A stretch of DNA of 64,000 bases from Lepidodermella squamata (taxonomy: Eukaryota; Animalia; Gastrotricha): assembly GCA_047495785.1 (NCBI GenBank), contig JBLDXI010000015.1:806001-870000 (forward strand), read 5' to 3'. The translations under genes and the position numbers were made by a program. The notes beneath the pieces were generated by a model. The model saw nothing but the letters and a program-made list of their open reading frames with translations, was not told where the DNA came from and made no database searches. Positions 39,701-51,021 of the stretch are shown here, piece by piece. Numbering within the stretch: the first letter of the stretch is position 1; each line of letters begins with the position of its first letter.

Positions 39701-42700
39701 GGCCCGAAAGTCACATTGCCGAAGTAGTAGAACAAGGTGATAGCGTTGCTGTTAAGGTTCAACAAATTCTAGTTCCTTGGGCAAGATTTTAGAGTGAAAC
39801 TTTATATCTCTCCCCGCTTCAAAACTGTATTGAATCGTGCCTACAGCCTGGTTGTAATTTTTGCTATTTTCTTCTAATAAACGTTATTAAAATTGTGATA
39901 CTCGCTACCAGGGTGAGAGGTAAACACGATTAATAACCGATTTGACACTTGGAGTTCCAAGGGTTTCTCTAGCCACCCTCAAACCACCCCCAAATTTCGA
40001 GGTTTTGGCTATTTTGAGCTTTTGAGGTCTTTTTTACCTCATTTCGCGACTAGCCATCCCAAATTTCAAAAGGCCAGATAAATCCTTACTCGGATCTGCT
40101 TATGGCCCGATGATTAAAATAATGGATTTCCACTAATACGACTTGGTTAAACATCAGTACGATCCAAGGATCAAAGAACCGTTTTAATTAATGCTATTGG
40201 CAGCCATAGAATTCGATGAAGAACCGGTGACAAATCAAGAATGCCGGTGTGCTTAAACAGAGGATTTTCGGTAATTGACGTTCTTCAAATCAGGTATTCA
40301 GACTTTGCTGGGCGTTAATTCCTGAAATTATGTATTACACCATTTTGGCTATAAGCTTTATTCACGATAGTAAACTGTTAATAATTTCATGAATTTGTCA
40401 TATTTTGTAGCTCCTCGCGAGAAGACCGCTGGCGCTGGGAAATTATACCAACTAAATGCGTCCTTATGGCGCCGTTTATTTTGGGCTAGCCCCTTATCAG
40501 CAAAATAATAATATCTCTCCTTTGAGCATTTTTGCTCAATTGCACAACTTGTGCTCAAAATGCTCAATTTGTGCTCAAAGAGTGCTCAATATCTGCACAA
40601 CTTGTGCTCAATGGCTGTCGGAACCTATCACGAGTGCTTATTTTGTGCCCAATTTGTGCTTAACAGCCCTAAGGCTCCCATTGAGCACTCCAAAGATGAC
40701 AAAAATGCGGCAAGAAAAAAATCAGAATGTGAATAAAACTTTTCAAAAGCAATGAATAAAGTTTGAAAAAATATTGTCAGTCATTTAGTTTTTTCACATT
40801 TTCCTTCTCCGCGCGGAGTGTTTTTTTCGAAAAGCGCAATCCGAGTCTCACGCTGCACTTGTCTTAGATTGCTGATGTATTGTAATATTTGTCGATAGGC
40901 AATGGGCGATTCAATTGTGTGCAAATTCATTGCATTCGAAGCCTGCCACTATGCTAAGATCGGGAAAACCTCCGATCTTGCCGACGTCAAATCATTAGTT
41001 CGTGATCTAGCGGGCCTCAGGGGCGAATTCGCTCTCTTTTGGACGGATGGCGATAGACCAGTGCATATCAAAGAGCAGTCATGCCTTCAAGTAGCCATCG
41101 AGATGTGTAAAACGCCGCCGTTAGTCATGGCAGCGGGTAAAGTTCCCGCCAAGGTGCTCAGTACCGAACACCTCCAGCCGTTGGATTATATGCTTAATCA
41201 GGTTCCTACTGACTCTGTTGATTACGAGGAAGAAGCGGAACCCAGAACTGTGGTAACCAAAGCCAGAAAACCTGCTGTTGCTATCACTCCTGCTGAAAAC
41301 AATACGAAAAAGCGAAAAGCGGAATTGGATTCATCGCTAGATAGTCTGGACTCCCCGCCAGAGCCGCCGCGGAAAAAAAGCGCAGCGAAAATGCTCACGT
41401 CGACTTCATCTCGCCCCGCGAATCCTTCTAGGTTGGCATTCGATACAACGAGCTTGTCAAGCTTATCGTTGGCATCCTGTACAAGTTCGAAGCCGGGCTC
41501 CAAGTGGACTAAGACCGAGGAGAGTGTCGCGATCGAAATAGCGAATTTCTTGAAGACCAACAAGGCCAAGGCAAGCGACTCCAATGTGAGGATCGCTCTC
41601 GTTAAACTTGGCCGCGTATTCGAAGATGAATTCGGCAGTAGGTCCGAATCAGCTGTTACCACGAAAGTTCTTGGCTTCATGTAAACAGTTCTTGCAATTG
41701 ATGGATTCAGCGGAGCAGTAAAGGCGTGGATGATAACTTGATATTTTTTATCGTTTAGGAAATTTATCTAAATCATGGACAAAATCAACTATGCGAATGA
41801 TGAATCGAAAAGAAGTATGGCCTTCTGTTGTATTCGAAAGCGCTTTCAACTCTTGTTCTGTGGCGACAGTTGTTTGAAAAATTGCCTCTCATCGAACAAT
41901 GCCAATTAGAAATCTGAAGTTCTCCAATATGTAATATGAATGAACCCTTAAGAAATCTATTTTTTCCATTTAGTGCTTTTAAATGGCCTCATTCGACCAC
42001 ATCGTCGACTTGCCGGAAGATTTGAAAGTTTCCGCTGAAGATGCTGAGTTTTTTCGTCGAACCCATCAACTAACGAAAGCAAGCGTTGTCAACGGTCGGC
42101 TTTACTACTCTGGTACGGAGATCGCTGTTAGGGACGCAACAAAATTGCTACCGGTTTTTCTCAGGTCGATGAAAAACCGAATGACCAGAACCAAGGTTGA
42201 AGTTGTTGACTATCCGAGACACTTGGTGAAAGTGATCCATTCAAGCGAAATCACCATTCATCTGAGCGACCTACAGGTTGGAACAAATTTCCTGAATCGG
42301 CGGGTCGAAATTTCAGGAGCCTATCACGAAGTCGAAGACGCTGTAAAAATCGTGAAACACTATTTCGCCAATTCGGAGAATGACTATGGCATCGATTCAG
42401 AAAGTACCGACAACGTCAAGGAGAAGAAACGAAAACCTGCCGCACTAAGAGAGAAGAAGTTGGTGAATCGCTCGAAATATGACTGCCCCTACTGCGACCG
42501 GAAATCTATTTCGTCGTCGTCCTTTTTACCTCATGTAACAGAGCACTGCACCACTGGAAAGCTTACCGAGCCTTCACCCACGAAACGTAAATTGGCCGGT
42601 AAATTGGCTCAGAGGAATCAAAAGCTTGCGCAATCGAAATCAAGTTCATCAGCCGAGGCGCCCATCACAATCAGTGACGATGATACTGATACTGATACTG

Positions 42701-45700
42701 ATACTGTTTTATTTTGCAATTTGTCTTTCGACATTTAGCAATTAGGAATTAACAAAACGTTAAGTTATGGCGCCTCACCACAGAAATTGTGAATTTTTCC
42801 AAGTCAGTGCATTTAAGATATTTCAAGAATGAAGAATACGAATTATTAACGACGGAAGATGGTAGCCGGTTCCAAGCTGGACGCACTCGCCTCACAAATG
42901 AAAACTGAGAGCTGGCATGACTGTAGCTTTCCATCGTAACAGAATGATGCGGTAAGCGCGGATTAGTGGAAATATTAAAGAAGTCAGAGAAATTTAAGTC
43001 CACAGCACGCCGGTACATTTTATGACATAACGCAAGATCGTGTTGGTAGCGTCTTAATTCGAGTGAACACAACCCAAGCTTTTTTAGTCGTTCTTCATAG
43101 GAGGAGCCTTCGATCGATGAGTAGTAGGTACTACGATATAGCAAACGTTTTGTGAAGCGGATTTGAATCGATTCGACCTTTTCAATATCTGTTATTAGGT
43201 AAGGCGAGTAAACAGACGGGCAAAAGTCAAGACGAGATAAAGTATACGTTTTATAGGCTTTGAGACGTAAGGATTTAGAGGCGAACGATTTACAAATAAC
43301 ACCGTTAATTCTGTGGCATTTAGTTGCCAATGCGTTACAGTGCTCAGAGAAGGTGAGATTTTTATCAATAATTATTCCGAGGTCTTTCACTGTGTCCACA
43401 ACATCAAGCTCGACATCTTTAATTTTGAATTTGAACATAAATTTGTTTTGCCCGAGTATAAGCACGACGCATTTTTTCGAATTCACAGACAGGCCGTTAG
43501 CGTCAAACCAGTTTATGATTTCATCCAAGTCTTTCTGCAGTTCGATGCAATCGCTTAAAGAACGGATCGCCCGGTATAGCTTCGTATCGTCGGCGAAGAA
43601 TTTCGCAATCGATCTCTCTACCAATACATTTACTTCTGTCGTGAAAATCAAGAACAGCAGCGGCCCTAGAACAGAGCCCTGAGGTACTCCAGAAGTGACC
43701 GCCGACCATGATGACACACTGTTATTCACTGCTACCCTGAAAAATCGGTCACTCAAGAAAGCCTTTATCCAGGCGTGCAGGTTTCCACAAATATTGATAT
43801 CTGAGAGCTTGGATAGTAACAAAGAGATCGGCACAACATCGAAGGCTTTTGACAGGTCCAGGTATATAACAATTATATCAATGAGTTGATCTAATAGTTT
43901 CAGCCAATCAGTAATACATGACAACAACTGCGTCTCACAATTTCTTCGAGATAGAAACCCAAATTGATTTTCAGAGATCAGGTTATTTCTATATAGGTAC
44001 AGTAGCACATGATTCTTCACAATGGTTTCTTGGATTTTGCAAATTATGCATGTGAGACTCACAGGCCGATAATTGCCAACATTGGAGGCATCACCGTTAC
44101 GTTTGAAGATAGGTGCGACATTTGCATATTTCCACACAACAGGAATCTCACCTTGCGCAAAAGAAATGTTGAAAATCATTGCTAGCGGTGTACACAGTGA
44201 GCGGGAGAGCTTTTTAATGAGCACAGCTGGAATGTTGTCTGCTCCTCCAATAGGCTTTTCCTTGATGATGCTGGACAATCAACTAAGTTGCTGCCTGATG
44301 GGGTAACAATGTCAGTGGCAGCTGACGCTTCAGCTTCGTTCGAAGGGTCTCAAGCAACTGTTGAGTTAATTACTGCGATATCACCCGCTATTTCGACTCC
44401 GACGTATTCGACGGAAACTGGAACTAATGTGGATCAGCCGGTCGTATCGCCGATTCGTGATTCGATCGATCGCTTTGAGTCTTTTCTCAATAAGCGGTGT
44501 AGCGGTAAAAGCGGTCTTAGAACGAAAACTAAACAAGCTAAGGTCGTCAATCTACTGAAGGTCGTTAGTCTTTGCGGCTTATCTTCAGTGTCGGAGTTAA
44601 TAGACGCCAAGTCTATCGACTTCGTCGACGAGAAAATCGGCAATCTCCCTATATTGGACTCCACTAAATACTATTACGTCCTACCGATCATCGAGTACTT
44701 GGAGTACTGTGAAATAGAAGAGCGATCCATGAGTTTGAATCAAGCCGACCAGGCCATTGCGATCAAGAAGTGGAAAAACGTGAAGAGTGCGATGACCAAA
44801 GGTATGCTCCTCGAGAGAGCTTCGAAAATCAAGTCGGAGATCGATGCCCTCTCGAGGGGGGAATTGATAACCCTTCGGGACTGCTTCAAGGTCGTTTCAA
44901 ATCTTCGTAAGCAAATAAAGTCTAAAATCAACTTCAACAAAGAGCCGACTGAAGATAGTATCTGCTTCCTCTTCGCATACATTAGCCTGTCTCTTTGCCT
45001 TAAAAGTATTATTCGCCCTTCGGCATTTTGCCGAATGACCAAGGCTGAGCTCGACGGCGCTATGCAAGGCAAGAACTCATCAAATGAGACGGTATACGTG
45101 GTTCGCGTATTAAGTGAGTCAGTGCGCAATTTAAACATTGAACTAATGATATTTTTTAGATTGCAAAGCAAAGCTGAGCAACAGCGGATTTGTTGTTTTC
45201 TCTGAAGAAGCCTTTAAATTAGCCGATGATTACGAGGCTCATTGGAGGCCTTCGACGGCGAAAAAAGAGCTATTCCTAACATTACGAGGTGAGTCGTTGG
45301 AAACGTCCGATCTCGACAAGATGACAAGCAAGATTTGGCCGAAGTCTGAGAAAAAATTCGGCTATACTGTGCTTCGAAAAACAGCGCATTCGATGTACGA
45401 GTCAATGCTTATGCACGTCGCAGCCCTGTTCTGTTCCGGTGCACAACATACGTAATTATTATTGATTAATTAGTGATTAACTGAAGTCGCTCCAATCTTT
45501 CAGGAAGGAAACCGCAAAAAGGCATTACATCTTGGCCTCTCCTGAAACTGCAGTCGTTTTTAGCGAGTGCTTGGAGAAAATTTTGACCGATAGCTTATCA
45601 TCATCTGATTCCGATAGTGTTACTGCCGATTCAAGCTTTGTTACTGCAGCCTCGGCTATCTCAGACTCAGCGGATGCGATCTCGATAGCCTCAACGGATG

Positions 45701-46748
45701 GTCAGTCTGATGCAAGCTCTGCCTCATCATCTGCCTCGAAACGCAAAGTTTCATATCACTTCTCCGCCGCTGAGAATGCAGAAGTAAAGCGTTTTATTGA
45801 TTTCGCGGCTAAGAAAAAAAAGGAAGTCGACGAGCCAGGTCTAATTGAATCTTTTCTTTCGAAGCAAATTAAGAATTACCTAGTCGCCAATTTCCCCGGC
45901 CGTGACGAAAAAGCTATCGTTCGGCGTGCTAAATACATTTTGAAAAACTAATGATTGAATGATTAATATATTCCCTGTGAGCGATGGTGATAAGTTTGAA
46001 GATTTGATTTTTGAAGAATAAAATTTGATGTCGGGTTTTTCGTTTGTTGTTAAGGCAGCGTTTGAGTATTCGCAGATTTCAAGTTCCAATCATTAAAAAC
46101 GGACTCTCAGAATACCTAGTTAGAAAATGACATTTCTGCAAAGAATGCGCAATCGAGTCTCGAAAAATGCTCAACAACTGCCTAATTTGGTGCTCAAATT
46201 ACGCTTGACTACTGCTTAACGATGCACAAGGAGCTCAACGAAGTCGCAAAATCTGTGCTTAATGTGCTCAACGTTGCTCAACGTTGTGCTCAACAGTGCT
46301 CAACGGAATGCTCAAAGATGCTTAACGAAATTGAGCACAAGGCCAGAGTGGTGCACAACGAATGCTCAAAGGAGAGATAATAAATCGAAAGGTCTAATTA
46401 CAACTCTACACATTTTCAATTTTTCGAAATTTTACAAAATTAAAGCATTTTAAAAATTAAAAATCGTTAATTCTTACCGAAAGAGAGGCCAATAGCGATT
46501 CCAGGTGGCGCCAAGGTCCAAATGAGGCCGTCACGGTAGACTGATTCCGCGGTTCCGTTGATGAAACCGCCGCAAACCGACGTCGCAGCCATCGAAGTTG
46601 CGGCGACGAAAAGCGATAGATTTCGCCCGGCCAAGACATAGGATTCGGGGCTTTGGTTCGAAATTAAACGGCCAGCAGCGATGCCGACGATGAAAATGAC
46701 AATGAATAACACGGCGACTAGGATTATGGCGAAAATGTTCAGATCCAT
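33766..46748 (-). CDS. Sodium:solute symporter, SLC5A7 (high-affinity choline transporter)-like, 3 exons, ~521 aa
   Basis: Exons 46748-46478, 38942-38787 and 34904-33766 total 1566 nt in frame. Motifs 'YVLAGR', 'GGFINGTAE', 'YLTMMDPLAERYG', 'AVAYTDVLQ', 'LGSIPWQAYFQRVLS' and 'SSMDSAILGSSSMF'. Confidence 0.9.
35681..35854. mobile_element. MITE with ~36-bp imperfect TIRs
   Basis: gttcattcgaatgcgacgcgggcgattcaaacg matches the reverse complement of cgtttgaattgaacgcgccgcactcgaatgaac with a few mismatches. Confidence 0.6.
38265..38515 (+). mobile_element. Degenerate CR1/L2-type LINE fragment (C-terminus of the RT ORF)
   Basis: 'AYCVYVRLLLEYCTTVRSP...DLIEKVQANFTRR...NYLQRLNILNIKSLEERR' parallels the end of the LINE ORF at 42749-44263. 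Confidence 0.75.
39958..40088. mobile_element. Short MITE (same family as 25787-25920)
   Basis: Ends caagggtttctctagcc...ggccagataaatcctt are inverted; the internal sequence resembles the 25787 copy. Confidence 0.55.
40531..40690 (+). repeat. Left subterminal TGCTCAA array
   Basis: About six perfect TGCTCAA copies (40533, 40552, 40561, 40572, 40583, 40605) plus variants TGCACAA, TGCTTAA and TGCCCAA. Confidence 0.9.
40902..41684 (+). CDS. Element ORF1, 260 aa: PB1-like N-terminus, S/K-rich linker, Myb/SANT-like C-terminus
   Basis: Intact ATG-initiated ORF. 'EFALFWTDGDRPVHIKEQSCLQVA' resembles a PB1 motif. 'KWTKTEESVAI...FGSRSESAVTTK' resembles a Myb-like helix-turn-helix. Domain calls are by eye. 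Confidence 0.6.
   Translation: MGDSIVCKFIAFEACHYAKIGKTSDLADVKSLVRDLAGLRGEFALFWTDGDRPVHIKEQSCLQVAIEMCKTPPLVMAAGKVPAKVLSTEHLQPLDYMLNQVPTDSVDYEEEAEPRTVVTKARKPAVAITPAENNTKKRKAELDSSLDSLDSPPEPPRKKSAAKMLTSTSSRPANPSRLAFDTTSLSSLSLASCTSSKPGSKWTKTEESVAIEIANFLKTNKAKASDSNVRIALVKLGRVFEDEFGSRSESAVTTKVLGFM
41983..45951 (+). pseudogene. Tyrosine recombinase gene of the element (~761 aa reconstructed), disrupted by LINE insertion
   Basis: Segments 41983-42684, 44270-45113, 45160-45451 and 45504-45951 total 2286 nt in one open frame. Motifs: IIRPSAFCRMT (R 45014), VRVLNCK (K 45165), YTVLRK (R 45375), QHTKETAKRHY (H 45447, Y 45526). C2H2 finger YDCPYC...HVTEH upstream; Myb-like C-terminus. Confidence 0.85.
42685..44263 (-). 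mobile_element. 5'-truncated CR1/L2-type non-LTR retrotransposon nested in the recombinase gene
   Basis: Uninterrupted RT frame ending at 42749 with NYRPVSL, QFGF, YLDLSKAFD, SGVPQGSVLGPLLF and FADD. The 3' end has AATAAA followed by a (CAGTAT)n tail. TSD GATGAT at 42679-42684 and 44264-44269. Confidence 0.92.
46165..46360 (+). repeat. Right subterminal TGCTCAA array
   Basis: Perfect TGCTCAA at 46168, 46191, 46265, 46275, 46287, 46297 and 46309, plus variants; same orientation as the left array. Confidence 0.9.
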
Positions 46749-47372
46749 TCTTCCAGCATTCAGCAAATAGGAATCAGCAGATTATTGATCACATTAAAAT
46801 CCTAAAAATAAAAATAATGTAGAAATTTGCGAAAGAAATGAAAGTTTTCGAGGTTACTTTAGAAGAGAGGTAATTCCTAAAATAATCAAAATTACACTAA
46901 AAAATCCCAGCTTTTTCGCAGTAAAAATTGAAATTTGCAAATAATCATCGAAATTTCATAATGTTTCAAAATTAATTCCAGGGAATCGGAAATTCATAAA
47001 AAATGGGAAAATTGCAAATAAATTAATAACTTGAACCAGAAAAAATAGCAAACAATAAACCTCTATTTTTTATTCCTTCAACTTCAACAATTACAGGTAG
47101 GTCTCCTCAAGCTAGCGAAAAAATAGCATAAAACCCCGAATAAAGCGCCTCAAATTTTTCCATTTTTCTCTCACATACCGGTCTATTATTGGTTCGCAAT
47201 TCAAAACAAGGACATAATATTGAAATACACATACTATACATATATTTTTATAAAATAATAATCTGGCACGCGGGCAGTTGATTCTCATCACCAATGCAGC
47301 CGTCGAACAAAAAAATTCGACAGCGAAAAATATGTTTTTTATTAAGGAGGTTATTTTAGATTTTATTCGTTC

Positions 47373-50210
47373 TCATTTCTTGTCCGGTTCTTGCGTCGCT
47401 TTGTTGCTTTGAGATGACTTTTCCGGCTCAGATTTTTGCGCCTCGCCGCGACTCACCTGGCGTTCAATTTCGACGAGCCGCCGCGCCTGCTTCAACAGCG
47501 GCATGTCGATCATTTGATTCTGGAAGACGAACGCGCCGGCGCCCTTCGCCTGGTGCTTCTCGAATTCGCTGATCAGCTCAACGGCCCATTTGAGCCTTTG
47601 CTTCGATGGCGAGAACGCGGCGTTGATTATGTCGATCTGCGTAGGGTGGATGCACTGCTTGCCGGCGAAACCGAACCGAAAGCCTTCCTCGGCTTGATTT
47701 CGCAAGCCCTCACGATCTGAAAATAGGAAAATTTCGAATATTTTAATAAAATTGAGACTCAAATTTTTTTGTTTTCACGTACTTATCTCAAAGTAAGGAA
47801 TTGCCCTCAAAAATGAGTGTGTAACAAATCTTATTCGTCTACATCGATGCAGATCAATTTTTGCCAAGCAGATTTCGTTAATTCACCAAAGTTAAAAATC
47901 AACTGGTGGTCTATTGGCAGCTTTCAAACACGGAAAAATCCTATTTTCCCACTTTTTCTGGCAACGGGCCTCAATTTCTCTCTTAAATTCGAACACGCTA
48001 AAGCGCTATCATGCCTCCTACCTTGATTACTTGCCAAATATGTGATAAATGTAGAGGTTTGGAGGTATTTTACACGACAATGCGAAGGTTGAAAATGCAT
48101 TTGATGAGATATTCTGATGTTCAAGGTTCAAGTTAACCTGATTGGAAAAGTGTTTGATGCAGAACTAATCTTGTCTGTACGTCTGCGAATAAGGAAACTG
48201 AGGAAACTCTAAGGCTGAATTGATTGAGCCGGCGACCCCGACTTGGATTCAGGAATAAGTTACCGCAAGTATTCGAATTTCACGGCTAGTTTCCGCAGTA
48301 TCCTTTGCTTTCAAGTCAATACGTGTACCATTCCCTCTATTTTCAGTAGGTGTATAGCTAATGTGCGCCTTAGAAAGCTACTGCGAGAGCGTTGCGGAAA
48401 GTCGAAAGTGGTCGTTCATTGGTCCATTGAAAACAGCCTCAAAGAAAACTTTCCTTCAATGGCCAAACCCCTGCGCCGTGCGTTTTCAAAACTGACTTGT
48501 TTTTTGGATGCAGCCCTTTACAAACACTTCGGACTTCGGAAAAACCAATCAGCCGAGGAAGCGGAACTTCCATCAAGTCAATAAATTTCGTTTCGATTGA
48601 TATATGAATGGCTCAAAAGACGAGAAATGACCTCGCAATGCTGGTATTTTTCGAATATAAATTATATTTTAGAGAAATCTAGTCCTGGAGGCTTCAATAT
48701 TATGCTAAAACGCTAAATTTCTTTGAGCTTACTTTTAATATCAATATACACCATGTCGATGGGTTGTAGGCCGAATGCCCTCGCCACAGAGACGACCTTT
48801 TGCCTCGCGTACATGACTTCATCGGAGCGTTCCGACCGCACGGCGCCAATATCGGCGCAGTAGTCGTCCGAGCCGAACACGACGCCCTGGTAGTCGAATA
48901 TGGTCGTCTGGCTGCTGAGGGCCTCGCAGATGCGCTCCAGGTTGCACAGGCCGTCGGCTGTCTCGGCGTATGTGATGAGGCCGAGCGGCGTGTTCCGCTT
49001 ATTCACCGGGCTAGTTGATATCCGTTTCATCATCTACAAATAACAAGAACAAAAATTGATTAGAAATTATAAAAACACAGAAATCAATATATTAAAATAA
49101 TGAAATTATTAAAAATCAATCAATAAAAATTTAGATAACATATACAGCAACTGAGGATAATGTTGGACCAAGGAAAAAGCCATATTTTTGAGGCTTAAAA
49201 ATTATTCTCAAAATCTGGAAATTTGTCTAGTTATTTCCTATTTATCTGGAAATTTTGCCGAATTTTAGGAATTTTACCTGATTTTTTACTATTCAAAACA
49301 TTTCCGCATAATGCTAGACGATTGGGGGTAATTTTCTTGAATTTCGAACCTTGGGCATAATTTGAAAAAATATTCGAAAAAATTGTGCTTCAAATTATGA
49401 ATCCCGCTCAGTCCCATTTTTTATACGAATTCGACTATTCGCACACGCAAGTAAAAAATTACCCGATTTTCACTTGAATTTTCAGGTGAATGCCCGGCAG
49501 AAACAAATTATTCGATGTTCATTTTTCATTCGATAACTGAGAGACCAATGCTTTGGGAACACCCAAGCAAAAATTCTTGCCAAAATAATCGTTCATAAAG
49601 GAAATATAAGGATTTCCAAATCGGCATCCCAGGTTGTACTAACTTCAATATTTTCTAAAAAAAATCAAATTTTGCTTCAATCACCTTGGGACTTGAGCAA
49701 AACCTCAGTGGAATCAAAATCACCCTTCTTTTAAATTTCCGATTTGAATTCGAATCAACATGAAATTGGGCAGAATTTAATCTTATTAAAAATTATGGGA
49801 AAATTACGATAAATTAGGAATATGAAACTCACAATTTTAACATCGGTAAGAGTAGTGACTTTGGGCACGAGAATCGTTTTGACAAGATCGCCAACACTTA
49901 ACACGGCATTTATGTCGTCCTCGAAAAATTCACTCTGCGGCGAGTTGACCCTCACCGCCACGACTTTCATCGCGTCTGGTTTAGTCACGAGTTCGGCATT
50001 TGCGGCGAAAAATCGTTTCATGCCCTCGCGAGCCGCCGCTTTGCGATTTACGGCCACGCCGTCTTCCAACTCGACTACGCACGTATCAGCCGAGGCTGTT
50101 AGGATTTTCGACAGTTTTTTCTCGTCATCGGCCGGCACGTAGAACAACGACCGGTGCAGGTGGTAGGCGCGTCTTGCGACGGCATTGCTGACCAGGGTCG
50201 ATAGGAACAT
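47373..50210 (-). CDS. CLYBL: Citrate lyase beta-like / citramalyl-CoA lyase, mitochondrial, 3 exons
   Basis: Exons 50210-49833, 49033-48733, 47716-47373. Motifs RSLFYVP, ELEDGVA, AVRVNS, VFGSDDYCADIG, GKQCIHPTQI and MIDMPLLKQA. Confidence 0.9.
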
Positions 50211-51021
50211 AAACCGCCGGCAGAACGAGCAACAATAAATTAGATAGTCAACATATAAACACTAAAAAAAACATTATAAAATCAATTCAAAAATAAAAAT
50301 AATTTTTTAAATTTGAAAAAATTAAGAATCAAGGTAAAATACAAAGTTAACGGCAGTTGAAAAAAGTCTTAAAAAATGAATTTATTGAAAAAAAAACCAA
50401 GAACTAAGATGTTCCAAGCTTACAAAATTTTCTTCGATTTTTACAAAAATAATTTCTTGAAGCTGAACTGATAAAACCTTGCTCTCAAATGTTAGTAATG
50501 GTTATAAATGAAAAAAAACACGAAGTTTTGCTTAGCTATGATGCCTCACTGTGGCAAAAGTAACGGCAATAATTGCATCATTGGACAATGAATCAGCGAG
50601 AAAAAAATCAATATTTAATCGATTCAATTCGATTCCATGTAAACCAATCCTGAATAGTTATTCCTCTAACTATGTTTTCTTAAGATAAAACAGCCGAACT
50701 TAGCAATAAATCACTGGCTATCTTATCAGTTCAGCAGAATAAAATGAGTGGAATTATACTTCTCTGGAACACAGCACAGAATTTTGAAATTGATTAAATA
50801 TTTCAGGTTGAAATTCCAAGTTTAAACTCATACATTCAACAATCAGAGTCTTCGAGAAATATCATTTATTAGCATTTGGAATTATACATTTTTTCGCATT
50901 CACATCAGCAGCAACGTCAAGTTCTAAAGCAGCAACAATCACGGTCATTTCATACCACATTTTCGTGATAAAATAGCACATATAGGACCGTAAACTTGTG
51001 AAATGTCCAGCCAGCAATTGC

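Larger units (their letters stand above)
40514..46377 (+). mobile_element. Tyrosine-recombinase DNA transposon (Crypton-like), two genes, interrupted by a LINE
   Basis: Perfect 17-bp TIRs TCTCTCCTTTGAGCATT (40514-40530) and AATGCTCAAAGGAGAGA (46361-46377). TAATA on both sides (40509-40513, 46378-46382). Subterminal TGCTCAA arrays and an internal spliced recombinase gene. Confidence 0.85.

Noticed and set aside
39450-39800. Possible small two-exon nested gene on the + strand
   Set aside because: Plausible donor and short frames, but the acceptor is weak and there is no recognisable product.
42749-44278. RT as an integral part of the recombinase element (DIRS-like)
   Set aside because: The RT is non-LTR (CR1/L2-type), antisense, 5'-truncated, has its own tail and TSD, and interrupts the recombinase frame.
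40531-46360. TGCTCAA arrays as CRISPR repeats or LTRs
   Set aside because: The units are 7-bp with short irregular spacing. The two ends are not long colinear repeats, and there is no gag, integrase or primer-binding site.
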